Below, in pieces: positions 21,834-31,884 of a DNA stretch of 64,000 nt. The stretch's first letter is position 1; each line of letters begins with the position of its first letter. The stretch is from an uncultured Candidatus Actinomarina sp. (lineage in GTDB: Bacteria > Actinomycetota > Acidimicrobiia > Actinomarinales > Actinomarinaceae): positions 53,427 through 117,426 of the forward strand of contig CACASI010000001.1 in NCBI GenBank assembly GCA_902535055.1, in the 5' to 3' direction. Under the pieces are notes generated by a model, which was given only the letters and a program-made list of their open reading frames with translations, did not search any database and was not told the origin of the DNA. A program made the position numbers and the translations under genes.

Positions 21834-22202
21834 ATGTTTAATATAAAATTACCAATTGGTTTAATTGTATTACTTTTAATAACAATAATTGTTAATGTTT
21901 TTTCTAATATAACTATTGAATACTATGGAATATCAGTTGATATCTTTAGAACTTACGAAGTTCAGTGTGGAAATATATTATCTGTTATAAATACGACTGA
22001 TATAAGTGAATTTAGTCAAGATTTAAGAGTTAACTGGAATACATGCCAACAAAAAGCGTATATTGTAATAATTACATCGACAATTAGCTTAATTTTTTTA
22101 ATTTCTTTATTATTATATTTAATTTACTTATATAAAAATAAGCCAGCAAGAGATGATATGTCTGACATTTTAGCTTTATTAAAAAGGATTAATAATAAAT
22201 GA
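21834..22202 (+). CDS. hypothetical small membrane protein
   Basis: Two TM helices. The start was moved to the internal ATG (MFNIKLP) to remove overlap with the divergent gene. It overlaps the next gene by 4 nt. Confidence 0.3.
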   Translation: MFNIKLPIGLIVLLLITIIVNVFSNITIEYYGISVDIFRTYEVQCGNILSVINTTDISEFSQDLRVNWNTCQQKAYIVIITSTISLIFLISLLLYLIYLYKNKPARDDMSDILALLKRINNK

Positions 22203-23140
22203 AAATTGGAGCAATGGTACCTCAAGGTTGGAGGATGGATTTAAATGGCATTCCACCAGAAAACCAATGGGATACTATTTTAAAAGCATCAAAACAAATT
22301 GAAGATTTAAATTATGAATCTGTATGGGTATATGATCATTTTCACACAGTTCCATCACCTACTCAAGATCCAACATTTGAGTGTTGGTCCTTAATGGCTG
22401 CATTATCTCAAGTAACTGAAAAAGTTAGGATTGGACAAATGTGTACATGTAACTCGTACAGAAATCCAGCGTATTTAACAAAAGTAGCATCGACAATAGA
22501 TTCAATGTCAGGTGGTAGATTAGAATTTGCGATAGGAGCTGGTTGGTACGATCAAGAATATAAAGCGTATGGTTATGATTATCCTACTGCTGGTGTTCGC
22601 TTGAAAATGCTCGAAGAAGCTTTACAAATATATATAGCTATGAATACAAAAGATAAAGCGAGTTTTAATGGTGAATATTACTCAATAAATAATGCAATCA
22701 ATCAACCAAAACCACTTCAGAAACCTTATCCACCGTTATGGGTATGCGGGGGTGGCGAAAAAGTAACTCTTAAATTACTTGCTAAATATGGCGACTATGG
22801 AAATTGGGATGTAGACGTTGATGGATTTATTTCTAAGTCAAAAATTCTTAAAAATCATTGCGAACAGCAAAATAGAGATTATTCAGAAATAAAAAAAACA
22901 TTACATACGAATGTAGTTATTGGTGAAAATGAAAAAGATTTAAATAATAAACTAAACAAAATCTCTGAAGTTACCGGTATACCTAAGGAAATGTATATTG
23001 ATAAACCGTTAATAGGTACAGTAGATAAAGTTTTTAATACAATTGATGAATTTAAATCGGTTGAGTGTGCGTACATTATTGCGTATGTCCCTGATATTGT
23101 CTGGGGAAATTCCTTAGAAATATTATCTGAAAAGATATAA
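22199..23140 (+). CDS. LLM-class F420-dependent oxidoreductase (luciferase-like monooxygenase family)
   Basis: 313 aa TIM-barrel protein with the LLM signature (ESVWVYDHF, RLEFAIGAGW). This subfamily is typical of actinobacteria. Confidence 0.7.
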   Translation: MKIGAMVPQGWRMDLNGIPPENQWDTILKASKQIEDLNYESVWVYDHFHTVPSPTQDPTFECWSLMAALSQVTEKVRIGQMCTCNSYRNPAYLTKVASTIDSMSGGRLEFAIGAGWYDQEYKAYGYDYPTAGVRLKMLEEALQIYIAMNTKDKASFNGEYYSINNAINQPKPLQKPYPPLWVCGGGEKVTLKLLAKYGDYGNWDVDVDGFISKSKILKNHCEQQNRDYSEIKKTLHTNVVIGENEKDLNNKLNKISEVTGIPKEMYIDKPLIGTVDKVFNTIDEFKSVECAYIIAYVPDIVWGNSLEILSEKI

Positions 23141-23146
23141 AAAAAC

Positions 23147-23171
23147 GGAAGCCCCCAAAAAGGAGGCTTCC
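23147..23171 (-). terminator. intrinsic terminator hairpin between convergent genes, possibly bidirectional
   Basis: GGAAGCC ... GGCTTCC 7-bp GC-rich stem with an 11-nt loop. It is followed by a T-run on the minus strand and preceded by an A-run on the plus strand. Confidence 0.6.
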
Positions 23172-23246
23172 CAACAGGGCTGCGTATCACACTTAATTGA
23201 AACGCACTCTTAGAATACCATGAACAATTCTTAAAAGTAAAGTTAT

Positions 23247-25226
23247 TTAGCCAAAAGAAGGATTTTTGGTGTTGGGAACAAGTGAAATCCAAACTTTTCC
23301 CTTAGGTACATACAATATGTTGTTATTGCTATCAACTATATGAAATGGATCTAAATTAGAACCTCGTTTCCATTTAGCATCTAGTAATTTGCCACCATGT
23401 AATATAATCGCACGTCCTTCACCAACTGTTTTGACAGAAGGTAATTGAAGTGGATGTATATATGGTTCACAAAATAATGCAATGACAGTATCTGTTGAAA
23501 TTTGGCCAGTATTTCCATTTTGATCAGCCCAATAATGAACGTTATCTGTTTTTTGATTTTTGTATGCGTCATAATAACTTCTAATGTATTTAGAACCATT
23601 CCAAGTCCAAGTAGTCGATGTATATCCTGAAAATGTAAGAGTTAAGTAATTGTTACTACTCCAGTTAGATAATGAAGGATCTCCCCAAGGAAATAATGGT
23701 TGAGGATTGCTTGTCTTTTTATACCCTCGGCTAATAGATGTTGATTTTAATTTAGATGTATCAGCATATAAATTGTGTGGAGCATTTCTTGAAGAAATTC
23801 TAAAATAATCAGGTCTTCTATCTGTGATAACAGGAACTCCCATATCAACTATTTCTGGTATTAAACCTCCGGTGGCACCACTAGCAACTAAAACACCTCC
23901 CAATGGTCTAAGAACCGTAGGATCTGTTGGTCTTGCTGAACGAATTGGCCCATGATATACAGTATCACTTTGGTAAAAAATATTAATAAATCTTGTCATT
24001 CCACCCTCTACTAATACTTCGACAACAGCATCTGCATTTTGAGGACCTGATTGAGGCCTCGCATTCACATTATTATCATTTTTAATTCCTATAACTATTG
24101 AATTATTCGCACCTGATGGCATGGGTAATCCGTTTACAGGAGAATTAACACCTGTTGTATAATTTTGTGTCGGTACTGGACCAAGTGATACATAGGTCTT
24201 TTCCTTAGTTAAAGTCCAATTCTGATTTAAATATGCATCTAACTCAGCTTGTGAATTAACTTGTGCTATTTGACCATATCTGAATACAAAAACAGGGTAA
24301 AAACAAGGGTCAGGAACCCAGATCTGAGATTCATTAACATAACCATTTATGCATGGTGCATTAGGGTTATAATTTCTTAAATCAACAGTTAACACACCAT
24401 TGCTGCTTGTTAACGATAAAGGTTCATTTGTAATAATTTCTACATAAGATTCCTCACCTTTTTCTAATGATGATTGAGTTTTAGGACCTAAGATACCATC
24501 AACTACTAAACCAGCTAACTTTTGAAATTCTTTTATTGCATTTTTTGTTAAATTGCCGTTAATGCCATCAATTACTCCATTGTATAAATCTAAATCAGAT
24601 AAAAGTTGTTGTGCTATCTCTATATCTTTTGAATAATTGTTTTCATTAATAACATCAATTTGTGCACCGCCTATGTTTAAGAACGATTCCTCTCCTTTTT
24701 CAAGTGCAGCTTTAGTATTCGGACCTAAAATACCATCAACTACTAAACCGGCTAACCTTTGAAATTCTTTTATTGCATTTATGGTTAATGAGTTATTTTT
24801 ACCATCAATTTCAGCATTATATAAACCAAGGTTAAACAGCTGAGATTGTGCATCTTCAATATTATTTACGACTATAGGAATTGTAGTTGAAGTGCTTGTA
24901 GTCGTTAAAGGAATAGTAGTTGTAGTTGATATTGTAGAAGTTGTTGTATTAGAAATAATTTCAATATCAGAAATATTTATATTTTGATCATTAATAACTT
25001 CTAAATTATCGTCATTTGAAAATTGAGTTATACCAAATAATGACAAAGAAATGATAAAAATAGAACCAATATATTTAAATAAATTCGACTTGTTGTTTTC
25101 TGTAGCCTCTACAACTCCTTCAATATCTTCAATAATTGAGGTTTTGTCTTTATTATTTAATGGCTTTAAAGATGTTCTTTGTAAATTTCTTTTACTATAT
25201 AAATCTTTGTGTAATTTTTTATGCAT
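23247..25226 (-). CDS. membrane-anchored protein with two peptidoglycan-binding (PG_binding_1) repeats and a C-terminal DUF3048-like domain
   Basis: 659 aa with an N-terminal TM helix and a Thr/Ser-rich linker. It has two ~45 aa repeats (LGLYN..IDG..G..T..AIKEFQ.LAGLVVDGILGP.T...L). The C-terminal 380 aa are paralogous to the next gene (NARPQSG...EGGMTRF...GPIRSARPTDP...APHNLYADT). Confidence 0.6.
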   Translation of the reverse strand: MHKKLHKDLYSKRNLQRTSLKPLNNKDKTSIIEDIEGVVEATENNKSNLFKYIGSIFIISLSLFGITQFSNDDNLEVINDQNINISDIEIISNTTTSTISTTTTIPLTTTSTSTTIPIVVNNIEDAQSQLFNLGLYNAEIDGKNNSLTINAIKEFQRLAGLVVDGILGPNTKAALEKGEESFLNIGGAQIDVINENNYSKDIEIAQQLLSDLDLYNGVIDGINGNLTKNAIKEFQKLAGLVVDGILGPKTQSSLEKGEESYVEIITNEPLSLTSSNGVLTVDLRNYNPNAPCINGYVNESQIWVPDPCFYPVFVFRYGQIAQVNSQAELDAYLNQNWTLTKEKTYVSLGPVPTQNYTTGVNSPVNGLPMPSGANNSIVIGIKNDNNVNARPQSGPQNADAVVEVLVEGGMTRFINIFYQSDTVYHGPIRSARPTDPTVLRPLGGVLVASGATGGLIPEIVDMGVPVITDRRPDYFRISSRNAPHNLYADTSKLKSTSISRGYKKTSNPQPLFPWGDPSLSNWSSNNYLTLTFSGYTSTTWTWNGSKYIRSYYDAYKNQKTDNVHYWADQNGNTGQISTDTVIALFCEPYIHPLQLPSVKTVGEGRAIILHGGKLLDAKWKRGSNLDPFHIVDSNNNILYVPKGKVWISLVPNTKNPSFG

Positions 25227-25280
25227 TAAAAACCCTGTAAGTACATATTAATGATTAAATTGTAAATTAATTCTTAATAA

Positions 25281-26399
25281 TTAATTTTCAGACCAAATAA
25301 TTTCGCCATTGAGAGGCAATATATGAATCCATTGTTTGCTAGGTGGAACTTCTATTTTTTCCTGATCGTTATCTAGGAATTCAAATGGTTCTGTAATATC
25401 ATTTCTTCTCCAGGTGCCTTCAATATATTTACCATTGTGAAAAATTGTTACTGGTCCAACTCCTACCGTAAGTACACTTGGTAAAGTTGTGACTTCATCG
25501 TTGTATAGAGGACCTTGTATTACTACAACTGTTGGTATTTTTAATATATCTGAATATCCATCTCTTGTAATAAAATTGTGGGCTACAGCTTCTTCGTCAG
25601 GAGAATAACCATCAACTATGAACCTACTGTACTGATCATTGTCCATCTTCCAGATAACAGTAGTAAAATCACTATATTTTATTGTTACTCTATTTGCACC
25701 TGTTAACCAATTTGATTGGTCATTACCAAAATTATATAAAGGGTTTACATCTTGATTAAAAAGAAATCCCCTGGTGTCAATGTACTCTCTCACCAATTCA
25801 GTGTCCGCGTACAAATTATGAGGTGCTTTTCTATTTGCTATCCGAAACATAGTTGGAGCAGAAACTTCTTCAAGTACTGGAACACCAAGTTCTCTAATAG
25901 CTGGTATCAATCCTGCGGTAGCACCTGATACAACAAGAATTCCCCCATAAGGTCTAACCAAATTTGGGTCAGTAGGACGAGCAGAACGTATTGGTCCAAC
26001 GTAAGTACTTGTCTTATCCATATAAAAAGCTAAAAATCTTGTCATACCTCCTTCAACAAGAATTTCCATAACAGTATCCGCTTCTTGTAGTCCAGACTGT
26101 GGTCTAGCATTCAAATTATTATCGACTTTAAATGCAATAACTCTTCTTGGTCTTTTCAGCCAAATTTCTGGTGATAATTCAAGACCTGTAAATGGTGACA
26201 TTTTTTCTTTGTCATAGGTATAACTCTCTACAATATTTGTATCATCTTGTGCATTAGAAGCAGTTGTAGTTGTTTCATTATTATTTGAAGGAACTTCAGC
26301 TTCTAAAGTAGTGGTAGTTTCGACAACATCCGATGACTCATTTGAAGATGAACACATAATAAGGGTTAATACTAGGAAAACTAGTCCGAGTCTTTTCAT
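25281..26399 (-). CDS. DUF3048-like secreted lipoprotein, paralog of the C-terminal domain of the preceding gene
   Basis: 372 aa with a lipoprotein signal (LTLIMCSSS) and a Thr-rich linker. It shares the motif string NARPQSG / LVEGGMTRF / GPIRSARPTDP / SGATxGLIP / APHNLYADT with 23247..25226. Confidence 0.6.
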   Translation of the reverse strand: MKRLGLVFLVLTLIMCSSSNESSDVVETTTTLEAEVPSNNNETTTTASNAQDDTNIVESYTYDKEKMSPFTGLELSPEIWLKRPRRVIAFKVDNNLNARPQSGLQEADTVMEILVEGGMTRFLAFYMDKTSTYVGPIRSARPTDPNLVRPYGGILVVSGATAGLIPAIRELGVPVLEEVSAPTMFRIANRKAPHNLYADTELVREYIDTRGFLFNQDVNPLYNFGNDQSNWLTGANRVTIKYSDFTTVIWKMDNDQYSRFIVDGYSPDEEAVAHNFITRDGYSDILKIPTVVVIQGPLYNDEVTTLPSVLTVGVGPVTIFHNGKYIEGTWRRNDITEPFEFLDNDQEKIEVPPSKQWIHILPLNGEIIWSEN

Positions 26400-26403
26400 A
26401 TGT

Positions 26404-28050
26404 TCATACTAGTGCTGAAAATCCTAATTTAAGTAAATTTATTTTTGAATTGTTTATTTGAAAATATGTTAAGTTTTTAAAAAGTCTTCTTGATTTCCTA
26501 TTAGTTATGAACCAAGGTGGATCAATTATTTTAGATATTCTAAATTTTGTTTGTACCACTCCTTTAAGTGGTGATTCAAAAAGCATAGAGTTGTGAACAA
26601 TTGATTTTCCACTTTGTATATCATTATCTTTATTTCCTGGAAATCCACCCCAAGGAAGTTGTGGTATGATATATCCGATAGCAGCCCATTCGTTTATAGC
26701 TACAGTGCCATATTCTAACTTTTCGATATAATTTTCTAATATATGAGAGTTAAGGTTTTTATCGTGATCTTTCATAATCACAGACACGCCTAGATTTCCC
26801 CACAAATAATTATTACAGTAGTCAATAGCTTTATTTGAAAAATCTTCACTGGAAGAATAAGGAATGCGTTTAAAGTAGAGTGCTGATGACCAAACTTCAT
26901 CTAATTCATATTTATTATATGCTTTAATTTCACGAGTTAAATGTGGCGTTACACAACTTAATTTATTGACTCTTTCATAGGCCTTATCTTTTTCTAATTT
27001 ATTGAGTCTTTCAATGCTTTCTGGATAGTATGCTTTCCTATCCTTTGCTTTATTCATATAAAATTTTATATATTTTATCAATGTATCAGTTTGTCCCCAA
27101 CCGTCAGGAAGCACTACTACTTGAGCTGCAATACAATTAAAACCGTTGTTATTTAGTTTTCCTGTAACTATTTTTCGTGCTTGATATTTAATATCTGATG
27201 TAGACCAATTACCTGGATGAATAATTATTGGTGTAACATTTCCAAGTTCAGATGTAATATTTTTGGTGTTTAATTTTGGTAAGTTTTTCAACTTTCTTTC
27301 TTTATCATTTAAATGCCTTCCGTATACAATCTCTTCAAATGTTTTATCAGAACCAGTTAAATGAATATGATCAACTCCTTGATGATTAGCCATATACTTT
27401 GATTCATCAACATTGCCTGTGGATACGATAACATATCCTCTTTCAATAAAATTTTGAAACACCTTTTCAAAAACGGGTTTTAGATAATCGTTAACTGGGT
27501 TTAATTTAAGTAATATTACAGATCTACGTGTAATGAGGTGGTAAAGAACATCAAGGTAAGGTATTGAAGAAAAATTACCAGCACCTAAAACTAGTGTTAT
27601 AGAGGGATCAATGTCATAACGCTTTGAAAAACCTCTGAATTTATTTATATCATCAAAAGACATTGATTTATTGAAATAAACTTTGGCATCTATAAAAGGG
27701 AAAGTCAATCTTTCTATAAATTTATTAGGAAATACTTTATAGCTGTTTTCCTCTTCGTTATAAGCTTTTAAAGAAAGATCTTCATTCGATTGAAGGGTGT
27801 CAATATAATATTGAGTTGCTAAAACTGCGGCAAAAGGGCCTCCTAACCATTCCTCACCTTCAGCAGGAGTTTTAGATGTTCCTTTATTATCAGAACATAC
27901 AGTTGACCAAAAGTATGCAACTTCTTTTATATTTGATATAACCTCTTCAAGCATTGAAGAAAGTTGTAAATCTGAAATATTATTAAATTCTTTAGAATTT
28001 GTCCTTAAGGTTGTAATGTATCTATCAATATCTAATTTTGTAAGGGACAT
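26404..28050 (-). CDS. divergent aldehyde dehydrogenase-superfamily protein
   Basis: 548 aa with ALDH-like motifs: GAGNF (cf. PWNFP), an HLTGS-type TGS motif, a catalytic Glu in ELGNVTP, and a Cys in GFNCIAAQ. It is co-directional with, and immediately downstream of, the gcv genes. Confidence 0.5.
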   Translation of the reverse strand: MSLTKLDIDRYITTLRTNSKEFNNISDLQLSSMLEEVISNIKEVAYFWSTVCSDNKGTSKTPAEGEEWLGGPFAAVLATQYYIDTLQSNEDLSLKAYNEEENSYKVFPNKFIERLTFPFIDAKVYFNKSMSFDDINKFRGFSKRYDIDPSITLVLGAGNFSSIPYLDVLYHLITRRSVILLKLNPVNDYLKPVFEKVFQNFIERGYVIVSTGNVDESKYMANHQGVDHIHLTGSDKTFEEIVYGRHLNDKERKLKNLPKLNTKNITSELGNVTPIIIHPGNWSTSDIKYQARKIVTGKLNNNGFNCIAAQVVVLPDGWGQTDTLIKYIKFYMNKAKDRKAYYPESIERLNKLEKDKAYERVNKLSCVTPHLTREIKAYNKYELDEVWSSALYFKRIPYSSSEDFSNKAIDYCNNYLWGNLGVSVIMKDHDKNLNSHILENYIEKLEYGTVAINEWAAIGYIIPQLPWGGFPGNKDNDIQSGKSIVHNSMLFESPLKGVVQTKFRISKIIDPPWFITNRKSRRLFKNLTYFQINNSKINLLKLGFSALV

Positions 28051-28059
28051 ACTTACATA

Positions 28060-29565
28060 TTATTCAGTTATTTCAAGAAGTTCAAAATCTCCCCAGTTAA
28101 CTGTTAAAAATTTGGCAGGAATAAGTTCATTTGGTCTACCAACAGGTAAGTTTTTTGGATAATCTTCAAGAACTATATCTTCCTGTTGTAAGTCAGAAAT
28201 AATTGACTTTAAGCTATCAGCTAGATCATCTAGTGTCTCTTTAGATTGAGTTTCTGTAGGCTCAAACATTAATGCTTCTGGAACAATTAATGGAAAGTAA
28301 ATTGTTGGTGAATGAAAACCTTTATCAAGAAGTGCTTTACCTACATCGTATGCTTTTATCTTATGAGATTTCTTTAAGTCTTTAACAGAAGTCACAAATT
28401 CGTGCATACATGGCTCATCATAAGCTAAAGGAATAATTTTAGAAACTTTAGAGCTGAGATACCTTGCATTCAATACAGCATAAGCACCTAAGGTATCCAA
28501 ACCTTCTTTTCCAAGAAGTTTCATATAAACAAGGGCTCTCAAAGTAACTAAAAAGTTACCATGATATCCATGCATTCTGCCAATACTATTTTCAGGTTGA
28601 TACCAGTTATATTTTCTGTCTTTATTCTCAGCGATTGGTCCTGGTAAGTACTCTTTTAAAAATTCCTTTACAGCAACCGGTCCAGATCCTGGACCTCCAC
28701 CACCATGAGGAGTTGCAAATGTTTTATGAAGATTTGAATGAACTATATCAAAACCCATGTCTCCTGGTCTTGAAGTACCTACAATTGCATTTAAATTAGC
28801 TCCATCATAATAAAGTAACCCACCAGCATTATGAATGATTTGTGAAATAGTCAAAATTTCCTCTTCAAATAAACCACCGGTGTTTGGATTAGTTAACATC
28901 AAGCCAGCTGTATTTTCATTTACTATTTCTTTTAATTTCTCAATATTTACCATTCCTCTATCATCTGTTTCAACCTCGACAACAGTAAATCCTGCCATAC
29001 GTGCTGATGCAGGATTAGTACCATGTGCAGAGTCAGGTACTATAATTTCTGTCTTGTTTGTAAAATTATTAATATCTAAATATTTTTTAATGATAAGTAG
29101 ACCTGTTAATTCTCCAGAAGCACCAGCTGGTGGTTGGAAACTTGCGTAATCCATACCAGTAATCTCGCATAAATAATTACCAATTTCATACATAACTTTT
29201 AAACATCCTTGAGTGAATTCTTCTGGCATAGAAGGATGCATATTTGCAAATCTAGAATCAGAAGCAATAGAGTCAGCAAATCTTGGATTATATTTCATCG
29301 TACAAGATCCAAGTGGATAGAATCCTAAATCAACCGCAAAGTTTCTATGGGCTAACCTGGAATAATGCATGACTAAATCGTGTTCAGAAACTTCTGGTAA
29401 TCTGGCTTTTTCTTTTTTTAATGATTCATGATTAATTTTGACCTCAGGTACATCTAATTTAGGAAAATTGGATGCCCTTCTTCCTGGGCTCGATAATTCT
29501 TTTATTGTCGGTTCTGGTTTACCTCCAACTAATGGAAGTGAACTAGCGTTACCACCACTAACCAT
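28060..29565 (-). CDS. gcvPB: glycine dehydrogenase (decarboxylating) subunit 2
   Basis: 501 aa with the PLP-dependent fold and the lysine motif region (SNLHKTF). It is the C-terminal half of a split P-protein. Confidence 0.9.
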   Translation of the reverse strand: MVSGGNASSLPLVGGKPEPTIKELSSPGRRASNFPKLDVPEVKINHESLKKEKARLPEVSEHDLVMHYSRLAHRNFAVDLGFYPLGSCTMKYNPRFADSIASDSRFANMHPSMPEEFTQGCLKVMYEIGNYLCEITGMDYASFQPPAGASGELTGLLIIKKYLDINNFTNKTEIIVPDSAHGTNPASARMAGFTVVEVETDDRGMVNIEKLKEIVNENTAGLMLTNPNTGGLFEEEILTISQIIHNAGGLLYYDGANLNAIVGTSRPGDMGFDIVHSNLHKTFATPHGGGGPGSGPVAVKEFLKEYLPGPIAENKDRKYNWYQPENSIGRMHGYHGNFLVTLRALVYMKLLGKEGLDTLGAYAVLNARYLSSKVSKIIPLAYDEPCMHEFVTSVKDLKKSHKIKAYDVGKALLDKGFHSPTIYFPLIVPEALMFEPTETQSKETLDDLADSLKSIISDLQQEDIVLEDYPKNLPVGRPNELIPAKFLTVNWGDFELLEITE

Positions 29566-30865
29566 TGTCTATCTCCTGTAAGGCTTCAATATAATCGTCA
29601 ATCTCTGTTTTTTTTCTCTTCTCAGTAACTGCAACTAAAACATGTTGATCATCGTAATAAATACCAGCTAAAAATCCTTTATCTCCCATTTTGTTAATAA
29701 CTTCAGATGCATTAGTTTTAACTTCTAATAAAAACTCTCTTAAACTTGAATCATCATTAGGAATAACATACCCATTCTTAATTAAGGATTTTTTCATGTA
29801 GTTGGCTTTTTGTATTGAGTGATAACCCATATCATATAAACCTTCTGGCCCAAGCCATGAAAGATGAATAGCAGATCCAATTGCATTTAGTGTTTGATTT
29901 GTACAGATATTCGATGATGCCTTTTCTCTGCGAATATCTTGTTCCCTTGCTCTTAAGGTCATTACATATGATTTGTTATTATCTTTATCTCTTGATTCAC
30001 CAATTAAACGTCCAGGAACTAAACGAGCGAATTCCTTTTTAGTTGCAAACCATCCGACTGTAGGACCACCAAATGATAATGGTGACCCAAGGGATTGTCC
30101 TTCGGCAACTATAATATCAAAGCCCATTTGTCCAGGTGTTGTAAGAACTCCCAACATAGAAGGATCTACATAACAAATTGTTACAATTCCTTTATCTTTT
30201 GCTTTTGTCACTAATTCAGTAAGATCTTGGCAAGACCCTTCATAATGAGGATAAGAAACAACAAATGCTGCTTGTGATTCATCAAAATCATAATCTGAGG
30301 GAAATAAATAATTATCTAACTCAACATAATTTAAATTAAATTTATTTTTATCAATCAAAGTATTTATAACCTCTTTACTGTTCGGGTTTAAACCTGATGA
30401 AATTGTTACACCATCTCGTTTAGTTTTATTTATTGCTACAGAAATTGCTTCTGCGATCGAGGTTGCACCATCATATAAAGATGCATTCGCTAATTCCATA
30501 TCTGTCAGATCACAAACTAATGATTGAAATTCAAATAATACTTGAAGAATCCCCTGTGAAATTTCAGCTTGATAAGGTGTATAAGAAGTCATGAACTCAG
30601 GTCTCATGGTTAATGATTTGACAGTCTGAGGTAAATAAACATCATAATGACCTCCCCCAGCAAAACACACCAAATCAGACTTGTTACGTGCAGCAATATC
30701 ATTAAAGTAATCTATTGATTCAAGTTCTGATAAAGATTCTGGTAAATCAAGACCATTTTCAAGAAGTAAAGCATCTGGTATGTGGGTGAATAGATCATCT
30801 AGTGAGTTAATACTTAACTCATCAAACATTTTTTTTAAATCAAGTTCTGAATGTGGTACAAACAT
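29558..30865 (-). CDS. gcvPA: glycine dehydrogenase (decarboxylating) subunit 1
   Basis: 435 aa, the N-terminal half of a split P-protein. It overlaps gcvPB by 8 nt. Confidence 0.9.
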   Translation of the reverse strand: MFVPHSELDLKKMFDELSINSLDDLFTHIPDALLLENGLDLPESLSELESIDYFNDIAARNKSDLVCFAGGGHYDVYLPQTVKSLTMRPEFMTSYTPYQAEISQGILQVLFEFQSLVCDLTDMELANASLYDGATSIAEAISVAINKTKRDGVTISSGLNPNSKEVINTLIDKNKFNLNYVELDNYLFPSDYDFDESQAAFVVSYPHYEGSCQDLTELVTKAKDKGIVTICYVDPSMLGVLTTPGQMGFDIIVAEGQSLGSPLSFGGPTVGWFATKKEFARLVPGRLIGESRDKDNNKSYVMTLRAREQDIRREKASSNICTNQTLNAIGSAIHLSWLGPEGLYDMGYHSIQKANYMKKSLIKNGYVIPNDDSSLREFLLEVKTNASEVINKMGDKGFLAGIYYDDQHVLVAVTEKRKKTEIDDYIEALQEIDNG

Positions 30866-31884
30866 CAGCTCAAAAACCTCTTATTTACTATATTTCCTTC
30901 TATTAAATTACCACGAATATCAAACTCTATTAAATTCTGAGGAGGCTTATTTTCAAAAAGAATAAATCCGATACTTTTATTTAATATGGGCGAGAAATTG
31001 CCAGAGGTAACAACCCCTTTAATATCACTGGACATACCAATCGTCTCAGTTCTTGCAATTTTTCTAGAATCAATAGTAAATTTCTTTAAAATTTTATGAT
31101 TTCCATCCTGTAGTTGAGTTTTTATTCTGTCTGAACCTAAAAAATCATGTTCGTTTGTAATTGTCCAAGACAAAGAGGCTTCAACGGGTGTTATATCTTC
31201 AGTTAATTCAAAACCATACAATGGAAGTGATGCTTCAAGTCTAAGTGTATCTCTTGAACCTAATCCACACGGTTTTATACCTTTTTCGATAAGAAAACTA
31301 ATAAGAGAGTCTGCTTCAGCATTATTTGCCATAATTTCAATACCATCTTCTCCTGTATAACCAGTTCGAGCATACATAAAGTTGTCTGATTTTGCTGTAC
31401 TGAACTTATCAGGAATTTCAAATCTATCGTTAATAAGTTCGATTGTTCTCGGTCCTTGAACAGCTATCAAAACTGTCTCTAATGATTTATCAATAAAATC
31501 AACCTTGTGATCAACTAAATGTGATTTAATTTTAGATGCATTTGATGCATTAGGAATCAAAATGATTTTATCTTCAAATTTCCAAAAAATTACATCATCT
31601 AAAGCATTACCATTTTCATTTGTAAAAATAGAATACAATGCTTTGTTCATCGGTATATTTATTAAATCAGAACAAATTAACGATGATATCTTATCTAGTT
31701 CTGAATAATCGATTTCTAAACGACCCATATGAGATACGTCAAAGAAACCAGATGAATTTCTAACAACATCATGTTCTTTTAATGTACCTTCATATGAGAA
31801 AGGCATAGACCAATCACCAAAATCAATAAATTTGGCATTTTGAGATTCGTGATATGAATGAAGTTGAGTTGTTCTTTTATCCAT
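30865..31884 (-). CDS. gcvT: aminomethyltransferase (glycine cleavage T protein)
   Basis: 339 aa with GcvT N-terminal motifs (LFDVSHMGR, GYTGEDG). Confidence 0.85.
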   Translation of the reverse strand: MDKRTTQLHSYHESQNAKFIDFGDWSMPFSYEGTLKEHDVVRNSSGFFDVSHMGRLEIDYSELDKISSLICSDLINIPMNKALYSIFTNENGNALDDVIFWKFEDKIILIPNASNASKIKSHLVDHKVDFIDKSLETVLIAVQGPRTIELINDRFEIPDKFSTAKSDNFMYARTGYTGEDGIEIMANNAEADSLISFLIEKGIKPCGLGSRDTLRLEASLPLYGFELTEDITPVEASLSWTITNEHDFLGSDRIKTQLQDGNHKILKKFTIDSRKIARTETIGMSSDIKGVVTSGNFSPILNKSIGFILFENKPPQNLIEFDIRGNLIEGNIVNKRFLS

